Source of the DNA: Bacteroidota bacterium
GTDB taxonomy: Bacteria; Bacteroidota; Bacteroidia; Bacteroidales; JACABE01
Direction of reading: 5' to 3'
Assembly: GCA_026391675.1 (NCBI GenBank)
Contig: JAPLDQ010000036.1
Span: forward strand, 32,291-96,290
Length of the DNA: 64,000 nt
In this document: positions 1 to 9,080 of the stretch, in pieces
How the letters are laid out: each line of letters opens with the position of its first letter
Position numbering within the stretch: the first letter of the stretch is position 1
The notes under the pieces: model-generated
What the model was told of the DNA's origin: nothing
Seen by the model: only the letters and a program-made list of their open reading frames with translations
The model's database searches: none
Made by a program: the position numbers and the translations under genes

Positions 1-1746
1 CTGGCTGTTATCCTAACGGTTTTTACCTTTGCCATGATTATTCCATTTCTGGAGTTGTTATTTAATAAGATAAAAATGGTGGATACTGCTGTTCCATTTT
101 CTATGAATGCAGAATCCATAAAAAATAATTTCTTTTATTTCTTTTCTGAAATAATAAGGAATCATGGGAAACAACAAGCTTTGCTTTATTTAACGATAAG
201 TGCAGTTGTATTATATTTTCTGAAAAACTTTTTCACTTATGCTGCCACCTATATACTGGCACCCATTCGTAATGCTGTACTCAGGAGGATTCGGAATGAT
301 ATTTATGTCAAGCTATTGATACTTCCACTTGGGTTTTACAGATACAACAAAAAAGGAGATATCATTTCGCGTGCTACCAATGATGTGCAGGAACTCGATG
401 AATCGATTATGAAACCCTTACAGGCACTATTTGTTCAGGTACTGACCATCATATTTTACCTGATAACACTGTTTATCATTAATTACAAACTTACACTCTT
501 TGTATTGATATTACTACCAATTGGCGCATTGATCATAAGCAGGGTATCAAAGATGCTGAAGAAAACAGCTTCAAAGCTACAAACCAGACAGGGATTTATA
601 TTATCCTTAATTGAAGAATCAATTACAGGATTGAGGGTGATTAAAGGATTTAATGCAATCGATTTTTCTAACGAAAGATTTAAAAAAAGTAATTACAGCT
701 TTACCCGTATTAAAAATATTATCTACCGCAGAACTGACCTGGCTTCGCCTTTAAGTGAATTTCTGGGAACCATTATTGTTATGATTATATTATTGTATGG
801 CGGTTCCATGATTTTAAGTCAGAATTCGAGCTTAAATGCCGAATCGTTTATCCTTTATCTGATGCTCTTTATTATGATTATCAACCCGGCCAAGAACCTC
901 ACAACAGCATTTTATTTTATACAAAAAGGCAGGGCTTCAATTGAACGGGTAAAATTTATACTTGACGCTGAGGAAGTAATAGAAGAAAAGGAAAACGCCA
1001 TTAAAATCAATAGATTTAGCAAAAATATTATTTTTAAGGATGTGTATTTTGCTTATGATATTGATAAAATTGTACTTAACAAGATAAATCTGGTGATAGA
1101 ATGCGGTAAATCAATTGCTATTGTTGGTCCTTCAGGTGCCGGTAAATCTACAATGGTTGATTTAATTGCCCGTTTTTATGACTGTACTGGAGGCGAATTG
1201 ATGATAGATGGCATTCCCATAAAAGATCTTGCAATTGACATGCTAAGAAGTTTGTTCGGTATTGTTTCTCAGGATACAATTTTGTTTAACGATACAGTCT
1301 ACAATAATATAGCTTTTGGAAATGAAGAAATAGCAAGGGAAAAAGTAATTGAAGCCGCTAAAACAGCCAATGCCCATGATTTTATCATGCAAATGAGTGA
1401 TGGCTATGACACTTTAATTGGCGACAGGGGCAGTTTATTGTCAGGTGGTCAACGGCAGCGGTTAAATATTGCCAGAGCAGTGTTGAAAAACCCACCCATC
1501 CTTATTTTGGATGAAGCCACCTCAGCACTTGATATGGAATCAGAACGATTGGTTCAGGATGCACTTGAAAAAATTATGAAAGGAAGGACAACAATAGCTA
1601 TTGCACATCGCCTTTCCACTATACAGAATATGGATGAAATTATTGTACTGGATAAAGGCAATATTGCTGAAAGAGGTAAACACAACGATTTAATTGCTAA
1701 AAACGGATTGTACCGGAAATTACATGATATGCAGTCGTTTAAATAA
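1..1746 (+). CDS. ABC transporter permease/ATP-binding fusion (MsbA-like exporter), 5' end outside the window
   Basis: Frame is open from base 1; TM helices, then Walker A GPSGAGKS, LSGGQ signature, ILDEATS Walker B and IAHRLST. Confidence 0.9.
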   Translation: MAVILTVFTFAMIIPFLELLFNKIKMVDTAVPFSMNAESIKNNFFYFFSEIIRNHGKQQALLYLTISAVVLYFLKNFFTYAATYILAPIRNAVLRRIRNDIYVKLLILPLGFYRYNKKGDIISRATNDVQELDESIMKPLQALFVQVLTIIFYLITLFIINYKLTLFVLILLPIGALIISRVSKMLKKTASKLQTRQGFILSLIEESITGLRVIKGFNAIDFSNERFKKSNYSFTRIKNIIYRRTDLASPLSEFLGTIIVMIILLYGGSMILSQNSSLNAESFILYLMLFIMIINPAKNLTTAFYFIQKGRASIERVKFILDAEEVIEEKENAIKINRFSKNIIFKDVYFAYDIDKIVLNKINLVIECGKSIAIVGPSGAGKSTMVDLIARFYDCTGGELMIDGIPIKDLAIDMLRSLFGIVSQDTILFNDTVYNNIAFGNEEIAREKVIEAAKTANAHDFIMQMSDGYDTLIGDRGSLLSGGQRQRLNIARAVLKNPPILILDEATSALDMESERLVQDALEKIMKGRTTIAIAHRLSTIQNMDEIIVLDKGNIAERGKHNDLIAKNGLYRKLHDMQSFK

Positions 1747-1760
1747 TATTATGCAGCATT

Positions 1761-4163
1761 TTATTCCAAAATAACAATTTCTACCCTTCTGTTTTCTCTT
1801 GCCTGTGTTTCGTTCTTCTCAGGATTCCAAATAGCTTGTTGCTTTCCAAAACCTAAAACTTTAATCCTTTCTGAACGGATTCCCTGCTGCACCATAGCTT
1901 CTTTTATTTCACTTGCTCTGCGCAACGAAAGCCGGTTACAATATTCATCACTTCCAACTCTATCGGTATGACCAATCAAGACCACTTCACACGATGGCTT
2001 TTCCTTCATTATCCTGACATAACTGGTAATTACATCTTTGTATTTGGGCAATATTTCCGTTCTGTCAAAATCAAACAATGTAATTACCTGTGGTAAAACT
2101 GTTGGTTTTAATTTGCTAAGCCTTTTCAAACTATCTGATAATGATATAAAATTGTTTGTATTTCCGTTATTTAATTCCAGCGGCATTACATTATAATCTT
2201 CGCCAATATATAGCTTTGAGGTGGTTGATTCGGTTTTTAAATTATTATTATAAATTAACTCTATTGTTCTTTCTCTGTCAGCAACCCTGGGTTTATAGGT
2301 AATTTCGTAAAAGTATTTAGTTGTTCTTACAAACTCATTAAAAACCTTTTCCAAAGATTTATGATTCCGGATATTATAATGTTTCCCTCCGCTCAAACTA
2401 GCCATTTCATCCAGTAATTCCATATTGGTACCATCACCATAAGAAATTATATACATCGGAATATTATTTGCTCTCGATTTAGCTATTACAGCACTGGATG
2501 AAACAGCATAATCTTTATAAAAAGGCATGGATGCGTTTTCATAACCATCGGTAAACAAGATCAATCTTTTAAATCTGGAATCAACAGTGTCAAACTGCCT
2601 TAATCCTAAATCAGTACCGGCATAGAGGGCAGTCCCTCCTCCCATTCCGGTTAATCCATTAAAGCCAAATTTTTTATACATTACCGTTTTGTCATCAGTA
2701 AGTGGCATAAGGCTATCGAGCTTATCATCAAATTTTACAAATGAAATTCTATCTTTATCATTAACCAACTTAATAAATTTATCTATCGAGCGCTCCAGAT
2801 AAACAATATCAGTAGCCATAGATCCGCTATAGTCGAGTACTAATGAGAAATCGCTGTTTGTATTTAAATTATAAATTTCTTTAACATCAAAATTATTTAC
2901 AGGATATTTTACATCATCAATCTTTTCGACCAACTGTTTAAAATATTTCCTGAATGAATTTTTCCGGTCAGTTTCTGAAATCAAATTTGTAATAAAATAA
3001 CCCGAAGTATCTACTACTAAAACATATAGCTTAATTTCATCAGGATATTTACTTTTATCAATACCAAAAATTTCAAAATTTAATTTTGATTTAGCATTTA
3101 ATTCTGAAAAGGATTTGGTTCCTTCAATAAACTTACGTTCAACTACCTGAATAGATTTTGGATAATGATAGGTAAGGTTTTTATACTTAAAAACTAATTC
3201 AAATCTGGTATTTTCAACCACTTTCTGGCGGATGCTTCCATTTGCAGCCCTTTTATATATTCTTTTCCCATTGGAAAAAATCAAACTGTCAATATCTTTT
3301 ACTTCCCAGCTTAAATCAATTTCACCACCTTTTTCAACTTTTTCAGGACATTTAAATTTTACCATATCAGCCGGTAAAACAAATACTTTAAATGTTTTAG
3401 TAATATTTTTCCCATTTAAGCGCGTCGCAATAAATTTATAAGTCATCGATTTTTGGGGTTTCAGTTTAACCTGATCAATAGGTTTAAATTCCTGATCAAT
3501 ACCTGAAATTCTTATTTTTGATGAGTTTTTAAAATTCCAGAAAAGTGTAATTTCCTCACCAAAACACAAAACCGAATCGCCATAAATCTGATCAGGTTGT
3601 TTTACATCAATGTGAATCGTTTTTTCAGTAAATCTCCCATTTTTATTATAAGCAACAAGTGTAAACATATGAGTTGTATCCAGCAATGCACTATAATAAC
3701 CGGAAGGAAACAAAGTGTCAGGCAAACCTTTAATACTAACCCATTTTGTATTTGACGCTTTCCAGTTAATTAATATAGGATCTTCATCATAAACGCTTAA
3801 AGGATAGCTAATTTCATCGAAATCTGGTGGTAATATATTTAACCGTGTTGAAAACCGTTTTTCTTTACCCTTTTTATTAATTACTTTAAGCGTAAAGGTT
3901 TTACTTTGTTCAGGATATACAGGAATCTGGCCAATTGAATTGACATTATCAGCATACTCATCAAGCGAAATACTTACGATATCAGGGTTTGGAAATACTT
4001 CCCATTTTAATAGCGTTGTATCTCCCTGTTGTATCCTCTTTGATGAAGTTGTAAAAACTGCATCAATCGAATGTTTGCTGCACGAAGAAAGAAAAGTTGA
4101 AATAAAAAGAACAAATATCAGTCTGAAAATTAATTGTTTATCAAAAGAATTCTTTAATATCAT
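1761..4163 (-). CDS. Lipoprotein with Ig-like repeats, vWA domain and C-terminal OmpA-like peptidoglycan-binding domain
   Basis: Lipobox FLSSC; repeated L.W.V/F...V.I.G beta modules; MIDAS DYSGS..GGGT..LFTDG; OmpA-C motifs LFDFD, GHTD, LSLRRA, ENRRVEI. Confidence 0.8.
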   Translation of the reverse strand: MILKNSFDKQLIFRLIFVLFISTFLSSCSKHSIDAVFTTSSKRIQQGDTTLLKWEVFPNPDIVSISLDEYADNVNSIGQIPVYPEQSKTFTLKVINKKGKEKRFSTRLNILPPDFDEISYPLSVYDEDPILINWKASNTKWVSIKGLPDTLFPSGYYSALLDTTHMFTLVAYNKNGRFTEKTIHIDVKQPDQIYGDSVLCFGEEITLFWNFKNSSKIRISGIDQEFKPIDQVKLKPQKSMTYKFIATRLNGKNITKTFKVFVLPADMVKFKCPEKVEKGGEIDLSWEVKDIDSLIFSNGKRIYKRAANGSIRQKVVENTRFELVFKYKNLTYHYPKSIQVVERKFIEGTKSFSELNAKSKLNFEIFGIDKSKYPDEIKLYVLVVDTSGYFITNLISETDRKNSFRKYFKQLVEKIDDVKYPVNNFDVKEIYNLNTNSDFSLVLDYSGSMATDIVYLERSIDKFIKLVNDKDRISFVKFDDKLDSLMPLTDDKTVMYKKFGFNGLTGMGGGTALYAGTDLGLRQFDTVDSRFKRLILFTDGYENASMPFYKDYAVSSSAVIAKSRANNIPMYIISYGDGTNMELLDEMASLSGGKHYNIRNHKSLEKVFNEFVRTTKYFYEITYKPRVADRERTIELIYNNNLKTESTTSKLYIGEDYNVMPLELNNGNTNNFISLSDSLKRLSKLKPTVLPQVITLFDFDRTEILPKYKDVITSYVRIMKEKPSCEVVLIGHTDRVGSDEYCNRLSLRRASEIKEAMVQQGIRSERIKVLGFGKQQAIWNPEKNETQARENRRVEIVILE

Positions 4164-4345
4164 AGTAGCTGCATAAGAGTTTATATATATACTTAAAGTA
4201 TTTTTTTATTACTAATTTTATTTATACGGTATTCTTTCATTTTAGTTTTAAATAAATTCTAAAATGAAGAATAAAATTTTCTTTTATAAACTTAGTGATT
4301 TTTCAATTGTTATTTTAACCTGATGCGCAAATTAAAATAATACCT

Positions 4346-5140
4346 ATGGATGCCAGAGTTGAAAAATGTTTAAATACCAATATCAAAGATCTGATAAATG
4401 AATTTAACGAAATCCAGACAGCACTGGATAAATATGAAATCGGTTGTGCACCCTGTAGTCTTGGAACCTGCAAATTAAAAGATGTTGTAAGCATACATAA
4501 TCTGAATGCTGAAAACGAAAAACAATTATTTGAGAATATTTTTTCAATAATTTATCCAGGTGAATCTTTCGAAATTCCAAGAATTGCGCAGGAAAAAAAA
4601 ACATCAGGGAATGGAAATTCTATGTCACCACCACTAAGAATGCTTGTTGATGAGCATAAACTGATTAAAAGAATATTAGCTAAAATACCTGCCATTGTTG
4701 AAATATTGGATGTAAAAAAGCAGGAACATAAAGACATTGTCTTGGCCGTGGCAGATTTCATTAAAAATTATGCAGATAAGTATCACCATGCCAAGGAAGA
4801 AGATGAATTGTTTGTTCAATTTGACACTTCGCTTGATATTATTCAGGTTATGATGAATGACCATGTTCAATCCCGCGGCTATGTTGCCGAAATGCTTCGT
4901 GGAGTTGAAGAAGGAGATACTTCTATAGTTAAAAACAATCTCATAAATTACCTGAATCTTTTAACAGAACACATTCATAAGGAAGATGATATTCTTTATC
5001 CCTGGATGGATATGAATATGCAGACAAAAACAGTTGGAATGCTGTATTCCCGCTTTTTTGAAATCAATAATTCAAGACCTGATGTTCAGCCAAAATACGA
5101 AAAACTGGCAACTATACTTGAAGAAAATTTTAGTTTATAA
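4346..5140 (+). CDS. Hemerythrin HHE cation-binding protein with N-terminal Cys-containing domain
   Basis: EH, HHAKEE, DH and EHIHKED hemerythrin motifs; N-terminal CAPCSLGTC. Confidence 0.8.
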   Translation: MDARVEKCLNTNIKDLINEFNEIQTALDKYEIGCAPCSLGTCKLKDVVSIHNLNAENEKQLFENIFSIIYPGESFEIPRIAQEKKTSGNGNSMSPPLRMLVDEHKLIKRILAKIPAIVEILDVKKQEHKDIVLAVADFIKNYADKYHHAKEEDELFVQFDTSLDIIQVMMNDHVQSRGYVAEMLRGVEEGDTSIVKNNLINYLNLLTEHIHKEDDILYPWMDMNMQTKTVGMLYSRFFEINNSRPDVQPKYEKLATILEENFSL

Positions 5141-5215
5141 AACTTTATTTATAATAATAAAAACAAGGCTTAAATCATTTTCAGATTTATTAACTAAATA
5201 CACTAATTTGTAAAA

Positions 5216-5281
5216 AATGTGGAGACCTGCAACCACTTTAAAAAAACGGGGCGTTTCCGAAAAGCCAAATGAGTAGGGTAA
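5216..5281 (+). ncRNA. Candidate structured RNA, Flavo-1-like (hairpin plus pseudoknot)
   Basis: GC-rich island in an AT-rich intergenic: GTGG(5219-22)/CCAC(5233-36) stem, loop CCTGC(5226-30) complementary to GTAGG(5273-77), A-rich linker and GGC..GAAAAGCC hairpin; resembles Flavo-1 from memory only. Confidence 0.5.
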
Positions 5282-5297
5282 TTAAAAATTAAATAAA

Positions 5298-5570
5298 ATG
5301 AAAACTGTAATAATTTCACATGTTGTAAATAATTTTTCAGACTGGAAAGTTGGATTTGATGAACACGAAAAAGTTCGTGCATCTTTTGGCATCAAGGTTG
5401 AATCTGTAAATCAATCTCATTCTAACCCTAATGATGTTACTATAATATGTAATTTCCCTAATATTGAAGCCGTAAATGGATTTATTAATTCCCCTGAATT
5501 GCATGCAACGATGGAAAAAGTAGGTGTTATTGGAAAACCTGATGTCAGAATATTGAACAAGGTTCAATAA
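5298..5570 (+). CDS. Small dimeric alpha/beta-barrel-like protein (DUF3764-like)
   Basis: Pattern H.V..F..WK..FD....R...G...NPNDV....M...GV...P; A-rich translation start region. Confidence 0.65.
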   Translation: MKTVIISHVVNNFSDWKVGFDEHEKVRASFGIKVESVNQSHSNPNDVTIICNFPNIEAVNGFINSPELHATMEKVGVIGKPDVRILNKVQ

Positions 5571-5595
5571 TTATTTACCGTAAATGAATCTGAAG

Positions 5596-5625
5596 AAAGG
5601 AGAGCTACGCTGTTCTCCTTTTTTA
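5596..5625. terminator. Intrinsic (probably bidirectional) terminator
   Basis: AAAGGAGAGC-tacgct-GTTCTCCTTT followed by T-run, between convergent ORFs. Confidence 0.65.
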
Positions 5626-5626
5626 T

Positions 5627-5782
5627 TTAAACGACTTTATAATTCTTATATTCACCGATACGATAACCGCTAATTTTTTCGACAATTAGCTTAAAACGGT
5701 CTTTGGTACTGTAATTTTTATAGCTTAAATCAAAATCGAATTTTATTGCATTTCTCACAAAACTAAAACCGGCTACTTTCAT
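5627..5782 (-). pseudogene. Internally deleted remnant of a Bacteroidota GT2-like glycosyltransferase (N- and C-termini fused in frame, 51 aa)
   Basis: MKVAGFSFVRNAIKFD matches the family N-terminus and GYRIGEYKNYKVV the family C-terminus as I recall them; the catalytic middle is absent. Confidence 0.65.
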
Positions 5783-5814
5783 ATTTAAATAAAAATTGAA
5801 TAATAAAGCTGTTA

Positions 5815-7287
5815 TTAATACGCTTTTGCAAAAACCACCCTTTGTGTAGATGGTTTTCCGGAAAAAATACATTTACCGTTTTCTTTTGGATTATTCAAAG
5901 GTATAGTACGAATGGTAGCTTTGGTTTCTTCCTTTATTTTCAGCTCTGTTTCGGTAGTTCCATCCCAATGCGCCAGTACAAAACCGCCTTTATTTTCAAT
6001 AGCATCTTTAAATTCGGCCCAGCTATCGACTTTATAAGTTGACATATCCCTAAAGTTCAATGCTTTCTGATATAAATTACTTTGAATAGAATCCAATAAA
6101 TGTTCAACTTTATTTTCAATATCAATTTGCTGATATATTGCTTTTTCCATGGTATCGCGACGGGCAACTTCAATAGTTCCTTCTTCCATATCACGAGGTC
6201 CGATAGCTAAACGCAAAGGAACACCTTTAAATTCATATTCAGCAAATTTCCAGCCTGGTTTATAGGTATCCCTGTTATCATATTTTACAGAAATGCCTTT
6301 AGCTTCAATAGCTTTTTTAATGGCTTCAGCTTTCACAGAAATTTCTGCCAGTTGTTCATCGTTCTTGTAGATAGGAACAATAACAACTTGAATAGGCGCT
6401 AATTTAGGAGGCAATACCAGTCCGTTATCGTCAGAATGAGCCATTACCAATGCACCCATTAGGCGGGTAGAAACACCCCAAGAGGTAGCCCAAACGTATT
6501 CCTGTTTATTTTCTTTGGTTAAGAACTTAACATCAAATGCTTTTGCAAAATTTTGTCCCAGAAAATGTGAAGTACCAGCCTGCAATGCTTTACCATCCTG
6601 CATTAATGCTTCAATGCAAAATGTTTCAATAGCACCTGCAAAGCGTTCATTGGCTGTTTTAATCCCTTTAAGTACCGGAACTGCCATAAATTGTTCAGCA
6701 AAAGTAGCATATACATCAAGCATTTTACGTGTTTCTACCAAAGCTTCTTCTTGTGTGGCATGAGCTGTATGCCCTTCCTGCCACAAAAATTCAGCGGTGC
6801 GAAGGAACAAACGCGTACGCATTTCCCATCTTACCACATTTGCCCATTGATTTACCAATATAGGCAAATCTCTGTATGATTGTATCCAGTTGCGGTAAGT
6901 ATCCCAGATAATGGTTTCTGATGTAGGACGAACGATAAGTTCTTCCTCTAATTTTGCGGTTTCATCTACTACAATTTTGCCGTTCTCGTCAGTTTTAAGG
7001 CGATAATGGGTAACTATAGCACATTCTTTTGCAAAACCTTCCACATGACTGGCTTCTTTGGTAAAAAATGATTTAGGAATAAACAACGGGAAATATGCAT
7101 TCTGATGACCTGTTTCTTTAAACATTTTATCTAATGCAGCCTGCATTTTTTCCCAGATTGCATAACCATAAGGTTTGATTACCATACAGCCTCTAACAGC
7201 TGAATTTTCAGCCAAATCAGCTTTTATAACCAGCTCATTGTACCATTGCGAATAATTATCTGCTCTTTTAGTGAAATCTTTTGCCAT
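5815..7287 (-). CDS. proS: Proline--tRNA ligase (eukaryote/archaeal-type)
   Basis: [47 protein letters not shown] and C-terminal FAKAY. Confidence 0.97.
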   Translation of the reverse strand: MAKDFTKRADNYSQWYNELVIKADLAENSAVRGCMVIKPYGYAIWEKMQAALDKMFKETGHQNAYFPLFIPKSFFTKEASHVEGFAKECAIVTHYRLKTDENGKIVVDETAKLEEELIVRPTSETIIWDTYRNWIQSYRDLPILVNQWANVVRWEMRTRLFLRTAEFLWQEGHTAHATQEEALVETRKMLDVYATFAEQFMAVPVLKGIKTANERFAGAIETFCIEALMQDGKALQAGTSHFLGQNFAKAFDVKFLTKENKQEYVWATSWGVSTRLMGALVMAHSDDNGLVLPPKLAPIQVVIVPIYKNDEQLAEISVKAEAIKKAIEAKGISVKYDNRDTYKPGWKFAEYEFKGVPLRLAIGPRDMEEGTIEVARRDTMEKAIYQQIDIENKVEHLLDSIQSNLYQKALNFRDMSTYKVDSWAEFKDAIENKGGFVLAHWDGTTETELKIKEETKATIRTIPLNNPKENGKCIFSGKPSTQRVVFAKAY

Positions 7288-7350
7288 TTTTTCTTACTTT
7301 GGTATAAAATTTGTTGTATTTCAAGAAAAATTAATCGTGAAATTGAGTGG

Positions 7351-7358
7351 CAAAATTA
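7351..7358 (-). promoter_or_regulatory. Bacteroidota -7 promoter element for proS
   Basis: TAATTTTG on the minus strand (TAnnTTTG consensus), ~65 bp upstream of proS. Confidence 0.5.
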
Positions 7359-7419
7359 AAAAATATAAGCATAAGAATCACAATAAATAAACAATAAAAC
7401 CCCAAGGGAGGACCAAATT

Positions 7420-9045
7420 ATGAAAACCCTAATAAAAATAGCAGCAGTAGCTTTCTTCTTTTTAACAGCTTGCACTTCTGCTAATCAGCTTTCGTCAACA
7501 TATGACGATGATGGAGTTTATACTTCGAAAAAAAGCAAGATTGTAGTTCAGAATCAACCTGCTGAAGTAAAGCAAAATACAGCTAATCAGCCTGCCACAA
7601 ATTATATTGAAACTACTCCAAAATCATATAATGCAACCGAAGCTACTTCAGATAAATCAAAACAAAGCTACGAAAAGTACAAACAAACCCAAGCTGAAAA
7701 TATCAGCCAGATTAGTTATGATACCAATGCACCGCAGCCTTTACAAGAAAACGTTGCGGCTCAGGATAATAATCAAAACTATTCAACTTATGATCCGGAT
7801 GATTATTATGATTATGGGTATTCGTCACGTTTAAGAAGATTTCATAATCCATGCCAATCTTTCGGTTATTATGATGATTATTATACCAATATGTACTGGT
7901 ATAATCACGATCCTTTTTACTATGGAACCAGTATTTATATGGGATACAACCCATGGGGACCAAGTTATTCCTTTTACAGTCCATATTATTGGAACAACTG
8001 GGGATGGAATATAGGCTTTGGCTTTGGTTGGGGCATAGGAATGGTTTATTCTGACTGGTATTCTCCTTACTGGGGTGGATATTATGGTTATGGCAGTTAT
8101 GGAGGATACGGCGGATATGGATACGGATACGGTCATGGATATAATGATGGATATTGGTCTTCAAATCAAAATAATTCAAGTTCACACTATTTTGGACCAA
8201 GGAATAATATTGGATCTTCAAACGGTAGTATACATCGTGCAACATCCACAGGATCAAATATTGGAGGGAAAAAGGAACCTGAAATCCGGGCTGCTTCAAC
8301 ACCATTAAATGCTTCAAGAGGTGTTAACAGTAATAATCAATCCAATACTTCAGTTTCTGACAGAAAAGATCCTGTAAAACCATCTGATTCAAGGCTTACA
8401 GAACCTGGAAATTTAAATACCAGAACAACAGACAGTAAAGCAACTACTACAAATCAGGACAAAGTTGTAACAACAATGTCTAATACTGACAGCAAAAGAA
8501 CAGACCCTAATAATGCGGCCAGGGTTGTAACACCAAACAACAGTTCAAGAAGCTACAATACACCTGCTACCCGTATCAATAATTATCAAAGGTATAGCCG
8601 TTCAAATCAGGAACAAAAAGCAGCAAATCCAACAAATACAAATACTTCGCGTAATACTTATAATTATCGTGACCCAAAATCATATAATTCACCAAACTAT
8701 ACACAACCACGTTCGAGTCAGGAATTCGAAGCACCTAAATACAAAAGCGAAAGAAATTATAATAACAGAGCAGCGCAAACACAACCTGCAACTAATCAGG
8801 AAACACCAAGACAGTATAATAACTATAACAACAGAAGCTATACTGCTCCTGCTAACAATGAAAACAGGAATACTACACCTCCTGCTAATACTGAAAGGAA
8901 TAATAACACTACACCTTCAACAAACTATAGCACTCCTGCTCCAAGCCGTTCTACCTATTCAGCTCCTCCTTCAAATTCAGGCGGAAACAGCGGTGGTTCA
9001 AGATCCGGTGGAAACAGCGGAGGGACAAATAGTCACAGAAGATGA
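7420..9045 (+). CDS. Conserved hypothetical lipoprotein with Y/G/W-rich core and N/T/S/R-rich disordered tail
   Basis: Lipobox LTAC; YDDDGVY and YSSRLRRFH motifs; low-complexity tail ending GG..RR; typical position between proS and a FadL-like gene. Confidence 0.75.
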   Translation: MKTLIKIAAVAFFFLTACTSANQLSSTYDDDGVYTSKKSKIVVQNQPAEVKQNTANQPATNYIETTPKSYNATEATSDKSKQSYEKYKQTQAENISQISYDTNAPQPLQENVAAQDNNQNYSTYDPDDYYDYGYSSRLRRFHNPCQSFGYYDDYYTNMYWYNHDPFYYGTSIYMGYNPWGPSYSFYSPYYWNNWGWNIGFGFGWGIGMVYSDWYSPYWGGYYGYGSYGGYGGYGYGYGHGYNDGYWSSNQNNSSSHYFGPRNNIGSSNGSIHRATSTGSNIGGKKEPEIRAASTPLNASRGVNSNNQSNTSVSDRKDPVKPSDSRLTEPGNLNTRTTDSKATTTNQDKVVTTMSNTDSKRTDPNNAARVVTPNNSSRSYNTPATRINNYQRYSRSNQEQKAANPTNTNTSRNTYNYRDPKSYNSPNYTQPRSSQEFEAPKYKSERNYNNRAAQTQPATNQETPRQYNNYNNRSYTAPANNENRNTTPPANTERNNNTTPSTNYSTPAPSRSTYSAPPSNSGGNSGGSRSGGNSGGTNSHRR

Positions 9046-9080
9046 TAAATTAATAAACTATAATTTAAATTTTTACTGCA

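Noticed and set aside
5783-5872. N-terminal extension of the 81-aa ORF 5627..5872
   Set aside because: Overlaps the 3' end of proS; the recognisable sequence starts at ATG 5782
7712-8317. 201-aa antisense ORF (His/Asn-rich)
   Set aside because: Shadow of the Tyr/Gly low-complexity region on the opposite strand
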